From Candidatus Multivoradales bacterium (GTDB lineage Bacteria > Acidobacteriota > Thermoanaerobaculia > Multivoradales > JAHEKO01): a DNA stretch of 64,000 nt. The position numbers were made by a program, and so were the translations under genes. Below, one piece after another: positions 9,591-21,219 of this stretch. The notes beneath the pieces were generated by a model. That model did not search any database. It was given only the letters and a program-made list of their open reading frames with translations, and was not told where the DNA came from. Location: NCBI GenBank assembly GCA_965223855.1, contig CBDCXM010000009.1, positions 2,816,001 to 2,880,000 on the forward strand, read 5' to 3'. How positions within the stretch are numbered: the stretch's first letter is position 1; each line of letters opens with the position of its first letter.

Positions 9591-9687
9591 GGGCTTCCTC
9601 GACAGCCCGCGTGGGTCGCGCGGGCGCGATCGGGCCGTCGGATCCTCTCGATTCGACGGCCCGAATCCGCGTGGTAGGTTCCGCCGC

Positions 9688-10189
9688 ATGGAAAACGCGC
9701 TTGTTGGTGTCGTCATGGGATCGCGCTCCGATTGGAGCGGGGTCATGGAGCATGCGGTGGCCACCCTCGAGAGTCTCGGAGTGCCTCACGACGTGAGGGT
9801 TCTCTCCGCCCACAGGACTCCAGAGGCCCCTCTTTCAGTGGCTCGCCGAGAAGGAGGAAGAGGGGGTTCAGGTGTTCATCGCGGCGGCCGGTGGTGCGGC
9901 GCATCTGGCCGGCGTCGTCGCGTCGAAGACGCTCAAGCCGGTGCTGGCGGTGCCGATGCCGTCGAAGCTCGACGGGCTCGACTCCCTGCTGTCGATGGTG
10001 CAGATGCCGGCGGGAATCCCGGTGCCGACCCTGGCGATCGGCAAGGCGGGAGCGGTGAATGCCGCCCTCGCAGCCGGGCAGATCGTCGGCCTCGGCAACG
10101 AGGCGGTCGCAGAGGCGGTCGCCGCCGACCGCAAGCGGCGTGCCGATGCCGTGCTGGCCGATCCCGACCCGCGCCTGCCGGCGCCGTGA
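9688..10189 (+). pseudogene. purE: N5-CAIR mutase PurE split by a +1 frameshift (probably a sequencing error)
   Basis: 'VGVVMGSRSD..SAHRTPE' in one frame and 'VFIAAAGGAAHLAGVVA..PVLAVP..GLDSLLSMVQMPAGIPV' in another; removing one C from CCCC 9827-9830 gives the continuous HRTPEALFQWLAEKEEEGVQVFI. Confidence 0.9.
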
Positions 10190-10398
10190 CGGTCGGCGAA
10201 GAGGGCAGAGACGCAGCAGGGGAGGATCGTCGGACGGATCGCTCCCCGGAGTCGGGTATCGCCTGGCTATGGGGAGCCGTGCTCCTCGAGCTGATCTCGC
10301 CCATTCCGGCGCTGCTGACGTTCGGAGCCGTCTACGTGCTGCTGGCGAAGCCGCCCTGGTTCCGTGCCGTCGTCGATGAGCTGTACGCCGGGCGATAG
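10186..10398 (+). CDS. Small membrane protein (70 aa)
   Basis: GTG overlaps the purE stop (GTGA); hydrophobic 'WLWGAVLLELISPIPALLTFGAVYVLLAKPPWF'. Confidence 0.6.
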   Translation: MTVGEEGRDAAGEDRRTDRSPESGIAWLWGAVLLELISPIPALLTFGAVYVLLAKPPWFRAVVDELYAGR

Positions 10399-10524
10399 GT
10401 CGGAGGAGTCAGGGCCGACTTCGGAGGGTGCTGCCGAGCCGGCCACGACGAGGTGCATGGCGCTCGCGGTGAAGGGCTTCGGGTAGGGAGAAGGCCGGCG
10501 ACGAGCTGGTGCTCGCGCGGTAGG

Positions 10525-12141
<1,617 letters not shown>

Positions 12142-12229
12142 CGGTGGTCTCTCCGTGAGTGCGGCGCGAGCGTAGCAGTTCGCCGGCCGGCGACGGTTCG
12201 GCCGCGGTGTCCGGCATTACAATGCGGCG

Positions 12230-13984
12230 ATGGCCGCTCTCGCCACGGCGCTATGCCTCGTCGCCTACGTCCTCGGATACAGGTTCTACTCGAAGTACCT
12301 GGCCACGAAGGTGTTCGGTCTCGACGACTCGAGGACGACGCCCGCCCATGTGCTCGAGGACGGCGTCGACTACGTCCCGACCCGGCGCTTCGTCCTCTTC
12401 GGACACCACTGGGCGTCGATCACCGGGCTGTCGCCGATGCTCGGCCCCGCGGTGGCGGTCATCTGGGGGTGGGCGCCGGCGATGGCGTGGGTGGTCCTCG
12501 GGGCGCTCCTCGTCGGCTGCGTCCACGACTTCGGCGCCCTCGTCGTGAGCATGCGCGCCGAGGGGAAGTCGATCGGCAAGGTTGCGGAGAGCATCGTCGG
12601 CGCGCGAGCGAAGACGCTGTTCCATCTCATCATCTTCTTCGGCATCGCTCTCGCGATGGGCGTGTTCGTCTACATCATCGCCGTGATGTTCTCGATCACC
12701 GAGGCGTGGGACCCCGGCCAGCCGCTGGCCGACCCGTCGTCGTTTCCCACGGCCGTCCTGCCGTCTACGGTGTTGATCCTGGTGGCGCTGGTGATGGGGC
12801 ATCTGCTCTACCGGCGGGGTGCTTCGCTGGCGCCGTTGACGGCGGCGGGCTTCGTGCTCGTCCTCGTCGGCGTCTGGGCGGGCATCGAATGGCCGCTGCT
12901 GGGGCTGGAGCGCGGTGACTGGCCGTCCCACGGCTCGTGGGTCGTGATCCTGCTCGGATACTCGTTCGTCGCCTCCGTGCTGCCGGTCTGGAGCCTCCTC
13001 CAGGCTCGAGACTTCCTCAACTCGCTGCTGCTCTATCTGGGGCTGGCGCTGTGCTACCTCGGCATCTTCGTCGGCTCGCCGGAGTTCGCGGCGCCCGCCT
13101 TCCGCCCGCAGCCCGAGGGGGCGCCGAGCTTCTATCCGTTCGTCTTCATCGTCATCGCCTGCGGCGCTGCGAGCGGCTTCCACTCGCTGGTCTCGTCGGG
13201 CACGACCGCCAAGCAGCTCGACCGCGAGAGCGATGCCAGGCCGATCGGCTACGGAGGCATGGTCGGAGAGTCGCTGCTGGCCCTGCTGGCGGTCGTCGCG
13301 TGCACCGCCGGCTTCGCCGGGCGCGAAGGGCTGGCGCCGTCCGCGGTGTGGCACGACACCTACGCCAACTGGGGCGCCATGCAGGCACTGGGGCAGAAGA
13401 TCGGCATCTTCATCACCGGCTCGGCGCACTTCATCGAGGAGCTCGGGGTGGCGGACCATCGCACCGCGACCGCCTTCATCGCCGTCGTCGTCGTCTCCTT
13501 CGCCCTCACCACCCTCGACTCGGCAACGAGGCTGCTGCGTTTCAACATCTCGGAGATGGGGGAGACCCTTCGCTGGCGGTGGCTGGGAGATCGATACGTC
13601 GCCTCCGGTCTGGCGGTGCTGGTGATCGCCGGTTTCGCCTTCTACGAGATCGGCGGGCGGCCGGCGGGGCTGGCGCTCTGGCAGCTCTTCGGCACCGTCA
13701 ACCAGCTGCTCGCCGGGCTGGCGCTGCTGGTGGTGACGCTCTATCTCCACCAGCGCGGCAGGAACGCCTGGGTGACCGCGGTGCCGATGTTCTTCATGCT
13801 CGGGTCGACCCTGGTGGCGATGATCGTCAATCTCCGTGCCTTCCACGCGGTGTGGGACGAAGGGGGAGCGATCCTCTTCGTCGTCGGGTCGATCCTGCTC
13901 GTCCTGGCGCTGTGGCTGTCGTTCGAGGCGGTCGCGGCTCTGCGTCGCAACCGCGGCCGCCGGATCGACTCGCTGACCTGCTAA
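12230..13984 (+). CDS. cstA: Carbon starvation protein A (peptide/pyruvate transporter)
   Basis: 'TPAH..DGVDYVPT..VLFGHHWASITG..P..GP', 'IACGA.SGFHSL.SSGTT.KQL', 'TTLDSATRL'. Confidence 0.93.
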   Translation: MAALATALCLVAYVLGYRFYSKYLATKVFGLDDSRTTPAHVLEDGVDYVPTRRFVLFGHHWASITGLSPMLGPAVAVIWGWAPAMAWVVLGALLVGCVHDFGALVVSMRAEGKSIGKVAESIVGARAKTLFHLIIFFGIALAMGVFVYIIAVMFSITEAWDPGQPLADPSSFPTAVLPSTVLILVALVMGHLLYRRGASLAPLTAAGFVLVLVGVWAGIEWPLLGLERGDWPSHGSWVVILLGYSFVASVLPVWSLLQARDFLNSLLLYLGLALCYLGIFVGSPEFAAPAFRPQPEGAPSFYPFVFIVIACGAASGFHSLVSSGTTAKQLDRESDARPIGYGGMVGESLLALLAVVACTAGFAGREGLAPSAVWHDTYANWGAMQALGQKIGIFITGSAHFIEELGVADHRTATAFIAVVVVSFALTTLDSATRLLRFNISEMGETLRWRWLGDRYVASGLAVLVIAGFAFYEIGGRPAGLALWQLFGTVNQLLAGLALLVVTLYLHQRGRNAWVTAVPMFFMLGSTLVAMIVNLRAFHAVWDEGGAILFVVGSILLVLALWLSFEAVAALRRNRGRRIDSLTC

Positions 13985-13996
13985 GTTTCCGCGTTC

Positions 13997-15298
13997 ATGA
14001 GCTGGGAGAAGGTAGCGGCCGCGGGGCTGCTGAGCGGGTTCGTCGCCCTCGCCGCAGACGCGGCGCCCGACGTTCTGTTGGTGACCGTCGACACCCTGAG
14101 GGCCGATCGGTTGGGCGCCTACGGGTACGAGCGCGACACCTCGCCCCATCTCGACCGTCTGATGGCGCGCGGGGTGAGGTTCACCCAGGCGCGCACCCCC
14201 GAGCCGCTGACCGCCCCGGCGCTGGCGTCGATGCTGACCGGGCTCGAGCCGCACGAGCACGCGGCGAGCCGCAACGGCCTGCGGGTGCGGGGGGACCTGC
14301 CTTCGTTTCCACGCGTGCTCAAGCGGCGCGGCTACGACACCGCGGCCTTCGTCGGCAACTGGACGCTGCGGGACGAGCTTTCGGGCCTCGGCGAGCACTT
14401 CGAGGAGTACACGGAGGTCCTCAACAAGGCCCGCTGGTTCGGCTTTCTCAAGGGCGAGGCGACCGCGGAGGACCTGACCGACCGCGCGCTCGAGTGGCTG
14501 CAGGAGCGGGACGCCGAGCGCCCCTACCTGCTCTGGGTTCACTACGTCGAGCCGCACGCTCCCTACGTGCTGCAGGAGGCGTTCACCGACCAGGTAGGCC
14601 GCGGTGAAGCCGGTTCGAAGAGTTACCGCTACGACACGGAGATCGCGTTCGTCGATCACCACATCGCTCGCCTCCTGGAGGCGACCGACGACGAGGACAT
14701 CGTCGTCTTCACCGCCGATCACGGCGAGAGCCTCGGCGAGCACGACTACTGGGGACACGGGCGCCACCTCTACGAGCCGACGCTTCACATACCGATGAGC
14801 GTCACCTGGCCGGCGGGCCTCGAGACCGGGACCGTCGAGGCACCGGCGATGCTCCACGACCTCGGCGCGACGCTGCTGGCGCTGACCGGCCACGAGGTGC
14901 CGGAGTTCCTGGGGGGGTACGACTGGTCCGGGGTCCTGAGGGGTGAGCAGGAGGCCGACGTGACACGGGTGACGCGCTATCAGGCGCACAAGGGTGCGGT
15001 GCAGCGACGCGATGCTCCCCAGCGCGTCAGGCAGCAGGGGCTGCTCGAGGTCGCCCGGCTGGAGGCGGGAGTCAAGGAGATCCTGCGGGTCACCAATCTC
15101 CACCGGTGGACCTTCGATCTGACCGCGGACCCGGCGGAGCTGCGCTCGAGCGTGCCGCTCGCCTCCGCCGCGACCGACCCCCTCAATCGCTGGTGGAACG
15201 AGGTTCACGCCGGTCTGGAGCTCTCCGACGAGCTGCCGCCGCCGTCGCTCGACGACGAAGACCTCGAAGCGCTGCGAGCGCTCGGCTACATCGACTGA
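13997..15298 (+). CDS. Exported sulfatase-like (alkaline phosphatase superfamily) enzyme with Thr at the nucleophile position
   Basis: 'VLLVTVDTLRADRLG.YG', 'PLTAPALASMLTG', 'WVHYVEPHAPY', 'TADHGE', C-terminal 'LRALGYID'. Confidence 0.88.
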   Translation: MSWEKVAAAGLLSGFVALAADAAPDVLLVTVDTLRADRLGAYGYERDTSPHLDRLMARGVRFTQARTPEPLTAPALASMLTGLEPHEHAASRNGLRVRGDLPSFPRVLKRRGYDTAAFVGNWTLRDELSGLGEHFEEYTEVLNKARWFGFLKGEATAEDLTDRALEWLQERDAERPYLLWVHYVEPHAPYVLQEAFTDQVGRGEAGSKSYRYDTEIAFVDHHIARLLEATDDEDIVVFTADHGESLGEHDYWGHGRHLYEPTLHIPMSVTWPAGLETGTVEAPAMLHDLGATLLALTGHEVPEFLGGYDWSGVLRGEQEADVTRVTRYQAHKGAVQRRDAPQRVRQQGLLEVARLEAGVKEILRVTNLHRWTFDLTADPAELRSSVPLASAATDPLNRWWNEVHAGLELSDELPPPSLDDEDLEALRALGYID

Positions 15299-15315
15299 GC
15301 GGAGGGGCCGCCCGC

Positions 15316-17211
15316 GTGGAGCAGATCGCGAAGTCGCGGCCGAGGTCGGAGCACCCCGGATCGGAGCCAGCCCTGTCGGGGCCGCCCGGTTCGCAACGGT
15401 CCGACAGGCGGCTCGCCCTGGCGCTCTTCGCCGTCACCGCTGCCATCTACGGCCTCGGCGCCTGCCCGACGATCTACGTCGGGGACAGCGGTGAGCTGGT
15501 GGCGGCGGCCTACACCCTCGGTGTGCCGCACCCGTCGGGCTATCCCCTCTATGTCCTCCTCGGCAAGTTGTGGACGCTGATCGTCCCGCTGGGCTCGATC
15601 GCCTTCAGGATGAGTCTCTTCAGCGTCTTCACCGGTGCCGCGGCAGTGGCGGTGCTGTTCCGACTGGCCCGGTCGTGGAACGCCGGGCAGGCCGCCTCCG
15701 CAGTCGCCGCCCTGTCGTTCGGGTTGCTGCCCGGCTTCTGGTCGCAGGCCAACGTGCAGCGGGTCTACACCCTCAACGCGTTGATGATGGCGCTGGCGCT
15801 GTGGGCGCTGTCGAAGTGGCTACGCGAGGGCTCGCGGCCGGCGCTGCTCGGGGCGATGTTCGTGGCGGGCCTCGGCGCGGCCAACCACCTGTACATGGGA
15901 CTGGCAGGGGGAGTAATGCTCGCCTACGGGTGGTGGAAACGGCCTGAAAGCCGACTCCGCCCGGGTTTGTGGTCGGCAGCAGCCGGGGCGTTCGTCGCCG
16001 GCCTTGCGCCCTACGTCTGGCAGATGCTGCGTTCTCGCGCCGATCCTCGTCTCGACTGGGGCGACCCGGAGACGCCGGCCGCACTGTGGGCCCACATGAC
16101 GCGCAGCACGCACTGGTCACGGGCGTGGTGGGAGGGGTGGCACGACCTGCCCACGATCGCCGGAGACTATCTGGAGAGCATCGGCGGCGAGTTCCTCTGG
16201 GTGGGCGCGGCCCTCGCCGTGTTCGGGATCGCGGCGGCGTGGCGTCGCGGCTGGCCGGTCGGCCTGCTGCTCGCGGCGGCGGGGGCGAACTTCGCCTCGA
16301 TGGCGGCTCACGGCTCCCACGCCGACCTCTTCATCTGGCACCGCTACTACGTGCCGACCTATCTGTGCGTCGCTCTCTTCCTGGCCGCCGGCCTCGAGTC
16401 CGTTCGCCGGCGCCTGCCCGGCAAGCTGTTCTGGCTGTCGCTTCTGCTGCCGTCGGCGCTCCTCGTCAGCGGCTGGCGGCAGCACGACCGCAGCGACTTC
16501 GGGATCGCGGAGGCGTTCAGCCGCGAGCTGCTCGCCGGATTGCCTCCCGGCTCCCATCTGGCGGCGTCGGACGACAACATCCTGTTCGTTCTCATCTACC
16601 TCGACCTCGTCGAAGGCGTACGGCCCGACGTCAACCTCATCTATCAGGGTGTCGGCGGCAGCGAGCTGCCGCCGCTGCGCTTCGAGCCGGGCTCCGAGGA
16701 GCTCTACTTCACCCACCATCCCAACTGGCAGCTCGATGCGGTCGAGTTGGTGCCCCGCGGACCGGTGTTCCAGGTCGCGCGTGCCGGCAGTGGTGTCGAG
16801 CCGAGTGTCTATGGTCCAGAGTGGTTGCCAGGGGAGCGGGACCCCGGAGTACCGAAGGACTACCTGACGCGAAACCTGCTCGGGCAGTGGCACTACATGA
16901 GGGCGCTCGCCTTCGAGCACAGCGACTGGGAGCGCTCGTTGCAGGAGTTTCAGCGGGCTGTCGAAGTGGCGACGACGAACGACGTCCTCTTCTATAACCT
17001 CGGGCTCGTGATGCGACGCCAGCAACGCCATCGCCTCGCCCTCGAGGCGTTCGCTCGCGCCGACCGGATCAACCCGCGCGGTATCCCGAGCAATCGCAAG
17101 GCTCTGGCGTCGGACCGCGCAAGCGAGACCCGGCCGCTGGCGAACGCGGAGACCGGCGCGTTCTCGCCGGCGGAGCGACTCCTGCTCGCCGCCGTGAGGA
17201 GCGACCTGTGA
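15316..17211 (+). CDS. DUF2723/TMEM260-family GT-C membrane glycosyltransferase (protein O-mannosyltransferase-like) with C-terminal TPR
   Basis: 'PTIYVGDSGEL..A..LGVPHPSGYPLYVLLG', multiple TMs, 'FWSQA....VY.LN', TPR-like 'FYNLGLV....ALEAF'; start uncertain (GTG 15316). Confidence 0.85.
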   Translation: MEQIAKSRPRSEHPGSEPALSGPPGSQRSDRRLALALFAVTAAIYGLGACPTIYVGDSGELVAAAYTLGVPHPSGYPLYVLLGKLWTLIVPLGSIAFRMSLFSVFTGAAAVAVLFRLARSWNAGQAASAVAALSFGLLPGFWSQANVQRVYTLNALMMALALWALSKWLREGSRPALLGAMFVAGLGAANHLYMGLAGGVMLAYGWWKRPESRLRPGLWSAAAGAFVAGLAPYVWQMLRSRADPRLDWGDPETPAALWAHMTRSTHWSRAWWEGWHDLPTIAGDYLESIGGEFLWVGAALAVFGIAAAWRRGWPVGLLLAAAGANFASMAAHGSHADLFIWHRYYVPTYLCVALFLAAGLESVRRRLPGKLFWLSLLLPSALLVSGWRQHDRSDFGIAEAFSRELLAGLPPGSHLAASDDNILFVLIYLDLVEGVRPDVNLIYQGVGGSELPPLRFEPGSEELYFTHHPNWQLDAVELVPRGPVFQVARAGSGVEPSVYGPEWLPGERDPGVPKDYLTRNLLGQWHYMRALAFEHSDWERSLQEFQRAVEVATTNDVLFYNLGLVMRRQQRHRLALEAFARADRINPRGIPSNRKALASDRASETRPLANAETGAFSPAERLLLAAVRSDL

Positions 17212-19262
17212 GGATGCGACCACGGGTTCCCTTGCTGGTGCTGGCGGCGTCGCTGGCGCTCACGGCCATCGGGTGCGGCGAGGGTGGCCCCAACTCGGGC
17301 GGGGACGGTGGACGGGTCCTCGTGCTCGCCATGGACGGTCTCGATCCGGCGACCCTCGATCTGTTGCTCGCGGAGGGGGAGTTGCCGAACTTCGCGCGCC
17401 TGCGGCGTCACGGAGCGTACGGTCGGCTGCAGAGCCAGCGCCCCCTGTTGAGCCCGATCGTCTGGACCACGGTCGCGACCGGCAAGACGCCCGACGTTCA
17501 CGGGATCTCCCACTTCGTCGCCACCGACCCCGCCACCGGAGAGCGGATCCCGGTCACCCGCGAGATGCGCCGGGTCAAGGCGGTGTGGAATCACGTCTCC
17601 GAGGCGGGGCACCAGGTGTTGGTGGTCGGCTGGTGGGCGACCTGGCCGCCGGAGGAGGTTCGCGGTTCGATCGTGAGCGACCACACCGCCTACCACTTCC
17701 TGTTCGAGGAAGGGCTTGCCGGCAAGCTGCAAGGCGACGAGACCTATCCACCCGCGTTGCTCGACGAGGTGCGACCGCTGCTGACCGCTCCGGACGAGCT
17801 CGATCCCGACTGGCTGGCCCGGTTCGTCGACGGCTCGGCGACGACCGACGGCGACGACGGGACGATGCGATTCGACGAGGATCTCTCTCACTTGCGGTGG
17901 GCGCTGGCGGCGGCGCGCAGCTACAGCCGCATCGGGCTCGAACTGTGGCGCGAAGAGGATCCAAGGCTGGGGATGGTCTACGTCGAAGCGACCGACTCGG
18001 TGGCGCATCTGTTCGGGCATCTGTTCCGGCGTGACGATCTCGTCGGCGAACTGGCGGAGCAGCAGAGCCGGTTTGGAGACACGGTCGAGGAGGTGTACCG
18101 GTACGCGGACGAGATCCTCGGCGAGTACCTCGAGGCGGTCGATTCGGACACCACCCTCGTGGTCCTCTCCGATCACGGCTTCGAACTCGGAGCTCTGCAC
18201 GACGATCCGAGCCGGGCTCGGGACCTGCGTCGGGTCAGCGAGCGCTTCCACCGGGAACACGGGGTGCTCTACCTCTACGGCAACCGGGTCCACACCGGGC
18301 GCCGCCTCGAGGGGGCGAGCATCCTCGATGTCGCCCCGACGCTTCTGGCGCTGGCCGGACTGCCCGCGGGGCGCGACATGCCCGGCCGGGTACTGAGCGA
18401 GGCGCTGCGGTTCGAAGCTCCGGAGCGGATCGCGAGTTGGGAAGGGGACGCGCCGCTCGAGGCGCCGAAGCTGTCGCGTGACCGCGACGTGGAGCAGGCG
18501 ACCCTGGAGCGGCTGCGGAGCCTCGGCTATCTCTCCGGTTCGGACGAGGCGGAGCCGTCGCCGGCCGGCCCGGAGGCGGGACGGTCGGACGCAAGCAGCC
18601 CCGGCTCCGTAGCCGTACCGAGCGACGCCGGATTGCGAAACATGGCGGCGATCCAGTTCGAGGCGGGCAACCTCGAGGAGGCTCTGGAGCTCTACGGCCG
18701 CCTGGTCGCCGCCGACCCTGCCGACGCCGGCCTCAGGACCTCGCTCGCCGGGGTGCTGGGAGCTCTCGGCCGGCTGCCGGAGGCGCGCGCCGAGATCGAT
18801 CGGGCGCTGGAGCTGGATCCCCTCAACGTCGAGGCGTACCACAATCGCGGTGTCGTCGAGGAACGGCTCGGCAACCGGGACCGGGCGATCGCCGACTACC
18901 GCACCGCGTTGCGCTACGCGCCGGACTACGAGCCGTCCGGCCGCGCGCTGTTACGCCTCGGGGCGGAGCGGACCGAGCGGGAGCTGACTGCGGCCGAGCT
19001 CGAGGCGGCGGCACTGTGTGAAGAGGCTGCCGACCTCGCCCGACGCGGTGACTACGACTCGGCCCTCGAGCGCCTCGACCGGGCGGCCGGGATCGCGCCT
19101 CGACTGGCGACCGTCTACCAGTACCGGTCCAACGTCGCCTACCTCGCCGGCGACCTCGAGGGGGCGATCGCGGCGCTCGAGGAAGGGCTGGCCCTCGAGC
19201 CGGACAACGCGCTCTTCGCCCGCAACCTGGCGGGGCTGCGACAGCAGCTCGGCGAGCGCTGA
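17208..19262 (+). CDS. Lipoprotein: alkaline-phosphatase-superfamily phosphodiesterase (NPP-like) with C-terminal TPR repeats
   Basis: Lipobox-like 'TAIGC'; 'VLVLAMDGLD', 'LSPIVWTTVATGK', 'LSDHGF', 'DVAPTLL', 'LRSLGYL'; several TPRs. Confidence 0.87.
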   Translation: MRMRPRVPLLVLAASLALTAIGCGEGGPNSGGDGGRVLVLAMDGLDPATLDLLLAEGELPNFARLRRHGAYGRLQSQRPLLSPIVWTTVATGKTPDVHGISHFVATDPATGERIPVTREMRRVKAVWNHVSEAGHQVLVVGWWATWPPEEVRGSIVSDHTAYHFLFEEGLAGKLQGDETYPPALLDEVRPLLTAPDELDPDWLARFVDGSATTDGDDGTMRFDEDLSHLRWALAAARSYSRIGLELWREEDPRLGMVYVEATDSVAHLFGHLFRRDDLVGELAEQQSRFGDTVEEVYRYADEILGEYLEAVDSDTTLVVLSDHGFELGALHDDPSRARDLRRVSERFHREHGVLYLYGNRVHTGRRLEGASILDVAPTLLALAGLPAGRDMPGRVLSEALRFEAPERIASWEGDAPLEAPKLSRDRDVEQATLERLRSLGYLSGSDEAEPSPAGPEAGRSDASSPGSVAVPSDAGLRNMAAIQFEAGNLEEALELYGRLVAADPADAGLRTSLAGVLGALGRLPEARAEIDRALELDPLNVEAYHNRGVVEERLGNRDRAIADYRTALRYAPDYEPSGRALLRLGAERTERELTAAELEAAALCEEAADLARRGDYDSALERLDRAAGIAPRLATVYQYRSNVAYLAGDLEGAIAALEEGLALEPDNALFARNLAGLRQQLGER

Positions 19263-19293
19263 GAGCCAGCCGGTCGCCGGAGAAGTCCTCCGA

Positions 19294-20382
19294 TCAGCGG
19301 GCGCGGTGGATCTTCCAGCTCCCGACGACTTCGTCCCCTCGCACCACGGTGAAGGCGTCGAACTGTGCGACCGTGAGGCACGAGTGGTTCGGCAGGATTC
19401 GCACCCTGGTGCCGACCGGGAGAGCCGTCGAGAGCTTGCCGTGCTCCTGGCTGAGACCGGTCAGGCGCAGCTCGCGATGCAGTCGCGCCCCGGCGTAGTC
19501 GGAATAGATCTCGCCCCACGTGTCGCCGGCTCCGCGCTCGAGGCCCCGGTCTTTCGACAGCGCCAGCGCACCGGCATCGACGACCGCGCCGCCGCGAGCG
19601 TCGGAGACGACGGTCGCCAGCACGCTCGCCGCACAGTCGCGGACCCGGCACGATCCGAGCCGCACCTGCGTGTAGTCGTAGAGGGCGTAGTTGCCCGGGC
19701 GGGCCTCGTCGATCCCCGGAAGCTCGCGTACCGCGGCCATCGCCGGAGTGGAGCCGAGGGAGAGTCTGGGGCGCGCGATGCCGGCCGCTTCGATCCGATC
19801 GGCGGCACGCCGGAGTGCGGCCGCCTCTTCATCGGCGATGCGGGCGATGACCTCGGGGCTCGAGGCGGCATAGGCGTGCCCGGAGTGTGTCACCAGCCCC
19901 CCGAACTCGAGTCGAGCACTGTCGTCGATGCGCCTGACGAGCCGCAGCAGCTCCTGCGCCTCGGGCTCGACCCCGGCGCGGTGGTACCCGCAGTCGATCT
20001 TGACGTGGACGATCGCCCGGGCACCGGTTGCGAGGAGCGCCTCGAGCGCGACCTCGCTGTCGAGCAGCAGCCCGAGACGCACGCGGCTTGCGATCTCGAG
20101 CGCCTCGGCGAGACGGCCCGGGATGAGAGGGAAGGCCCACAGGAGATCGTCGATACCGGCCTCGGCGAACGCCTTCGCTTCCTCCAGGGTGGAGACGGTG
20201 CCACCCGCTCCGGAGCGCTCGACCTGACGGCGCGCGATCTCGACGCACTTGTGGGTCTTGAAGTGCGGCCTCAGCGCCACGCCGAGGCGTTCCGCCCTGG
20301 CCGCCATCGCCTCGAGGTTCCGTTCCAGGACCTCGAGGTCGAGGAGGAGCGCGGGGGTCGCTACCTCCGCGAACATCGGCAT
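19294..20382 (-). CDS. PLP-dependent fold-III enzyme of the D-serine dehydratase / D-threonine aldolase (DSD1) family
   Basis: 'TPALLLD...N', 'LRPHFKTHK', 'HSGHAY', 'GSTP', 'RPGNY..YD', 'LSQEHG', 'PNHSC'. Confidence 0.9.
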   Translation of the reverse strand: MPMFAEVATPALLLDLEVLERNLEAMAARAERLGVALRPHFKTHKCVEIARRQVERSGAGGTVSTLEEAKAFAEAGIDDLLWAFPLIPGRLAEALEIASRVRLGLLLDSEVALEALLATGARAIVHVKIDCGYHRAGVEPEAQELLRLVRRIDDSARLEFGGLVTHSGHAYAASSPEVIARIADEEAAALRRAADRIEAAGIARPRLSLGSTPAMAAVRELPGIDEARPGNYALYDYTQVRLGSCRVRDCAASVLATVVSDARGGAVVDAGALALSKDRGLERGAGDTWGEIYSDYAGARLHRELRLTGLSQEHGKLSTALPVGTRVRILPNHSCLTVAQFDAFTVVRGDEVVGSWKIHRAR

Positions 20383-20399
20383 ACCGACCGCTCGGCTGC

Positions 20400-21161
20400 T
20401 CAGAGCCGCAACGCCACGCCGAAGAAGGCGGCGTCGAGCTCGAAGTCGATGAAGTCGTCGCCGTCCTCGAACTGGATCTCCATCGTGCGCACGCCTGCGA
20501 AGGCGTAGAGCGCCTCCCAGATCCGCACCTGCACGCCCACCTCGAAATCGCTCTGATCGCCTTCGTCGGAAGCGACGAGGGCGGTGTACTCACCGAAGAC
20601 GTGCACCCGGTCGGTCGGCTCGAGGTCGACGGCGATGCCCGCCGAGCCGAACGCAGCCTCGAAGGTCTCGCTCACGGTGATCGGGATGAGCAGGTCGGGC
20701 GCCGTCAGGCTCGCCGAGCCGTCGAACGCCTTGACCTCGACCAGCGGTCCGGCGCGGAATCTGCCGTCGCCGCTCGAGAGGAACTGCCAGGCAAAGCCGG
20801 CCCGCAGATAGTCGAGGTCGAGCGCGGAGACGATGCGTTCGCTGATCTCGAACGTCTGACCGCCGAAGGTGATCGTCTGGTTGGCCACCAGATCGCCCGA
20901 GAACGAGATCGGCAGCAGGCCGAAGCGCACCTCGGTGCGCTGTGAAGGGAAGAGGCTCAGGCGGATGCCGGTCACCGAGTCGCTGGTGATTCCGAGGTCG
21001 CGCTCCAGGTCGATGTCGGAGCCGATTCCCGCCTCGAGCACCTGAACGAAGCCGGTCGCGTCGGGCTCCCACTGGAAGACCTCCAGCTGAAAGCGGTCGC
21101 GCTCCTGGGCGGCCACCGTCGAAGCACAAAGCAGGAGAGGGAGGATGAGACGGAATTTCAT
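20400..21161 (-). CDS. Outer-membrane beta-barrel protein
   Basis: ATG 21161 with SD (AAAGGAG) and signal peptide MKFRLILPLLLCASTVAA; 'IDLERDLG'; amphipathic strands ending 'FFGVALRL'. Confidence 0.75.
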   Translation of the reverse strand: MKFRLILPLLLCASTVAAQERDRFQLEVFQWEPDATGFVQVLEAGIGSDIDLERDLGITSDSVTGIRLSLFPSQRTEVRFGLLPISFSGDLVANQTITFGGQTFEISERIVSALDLDYLRAGFAWQFLSSGDGRFRAGPLVEVKAFDGSASLTAPDLLIPITVSETFEAAFGSAGIAVDLEPTDRVHVFGEYTALVASDEGDQSDFEVGVQVRIWEALYAFAGVRTMEIQFEDGDDFIDFELDAAFFGVALRL

Positions 21162-21219
21162 GACGGTCGGACTCCTTTCGATTGGCGGATCAGAGCGTTC
21201 TCGATGGTGCCGGTGCGTC

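Noticed and set aside
9688-10398. 236-aa PurE/membrane-protein fusion
   Set aside because: Artefact of the +1 frameshift; the PurE C-terminal half is in another frame and the 10186 gene has its own coupled GTG start.
12251-15208. Long antisense ORFs (985 aa here; also 21331-24966, 46068-48965, 56052-58820, 10453-12918, 6599-8464)
   Set aside because: They mirror well-supported genes on the opposite strand, lack recognisable motifs and are expected shadows of high-GC codon usage.
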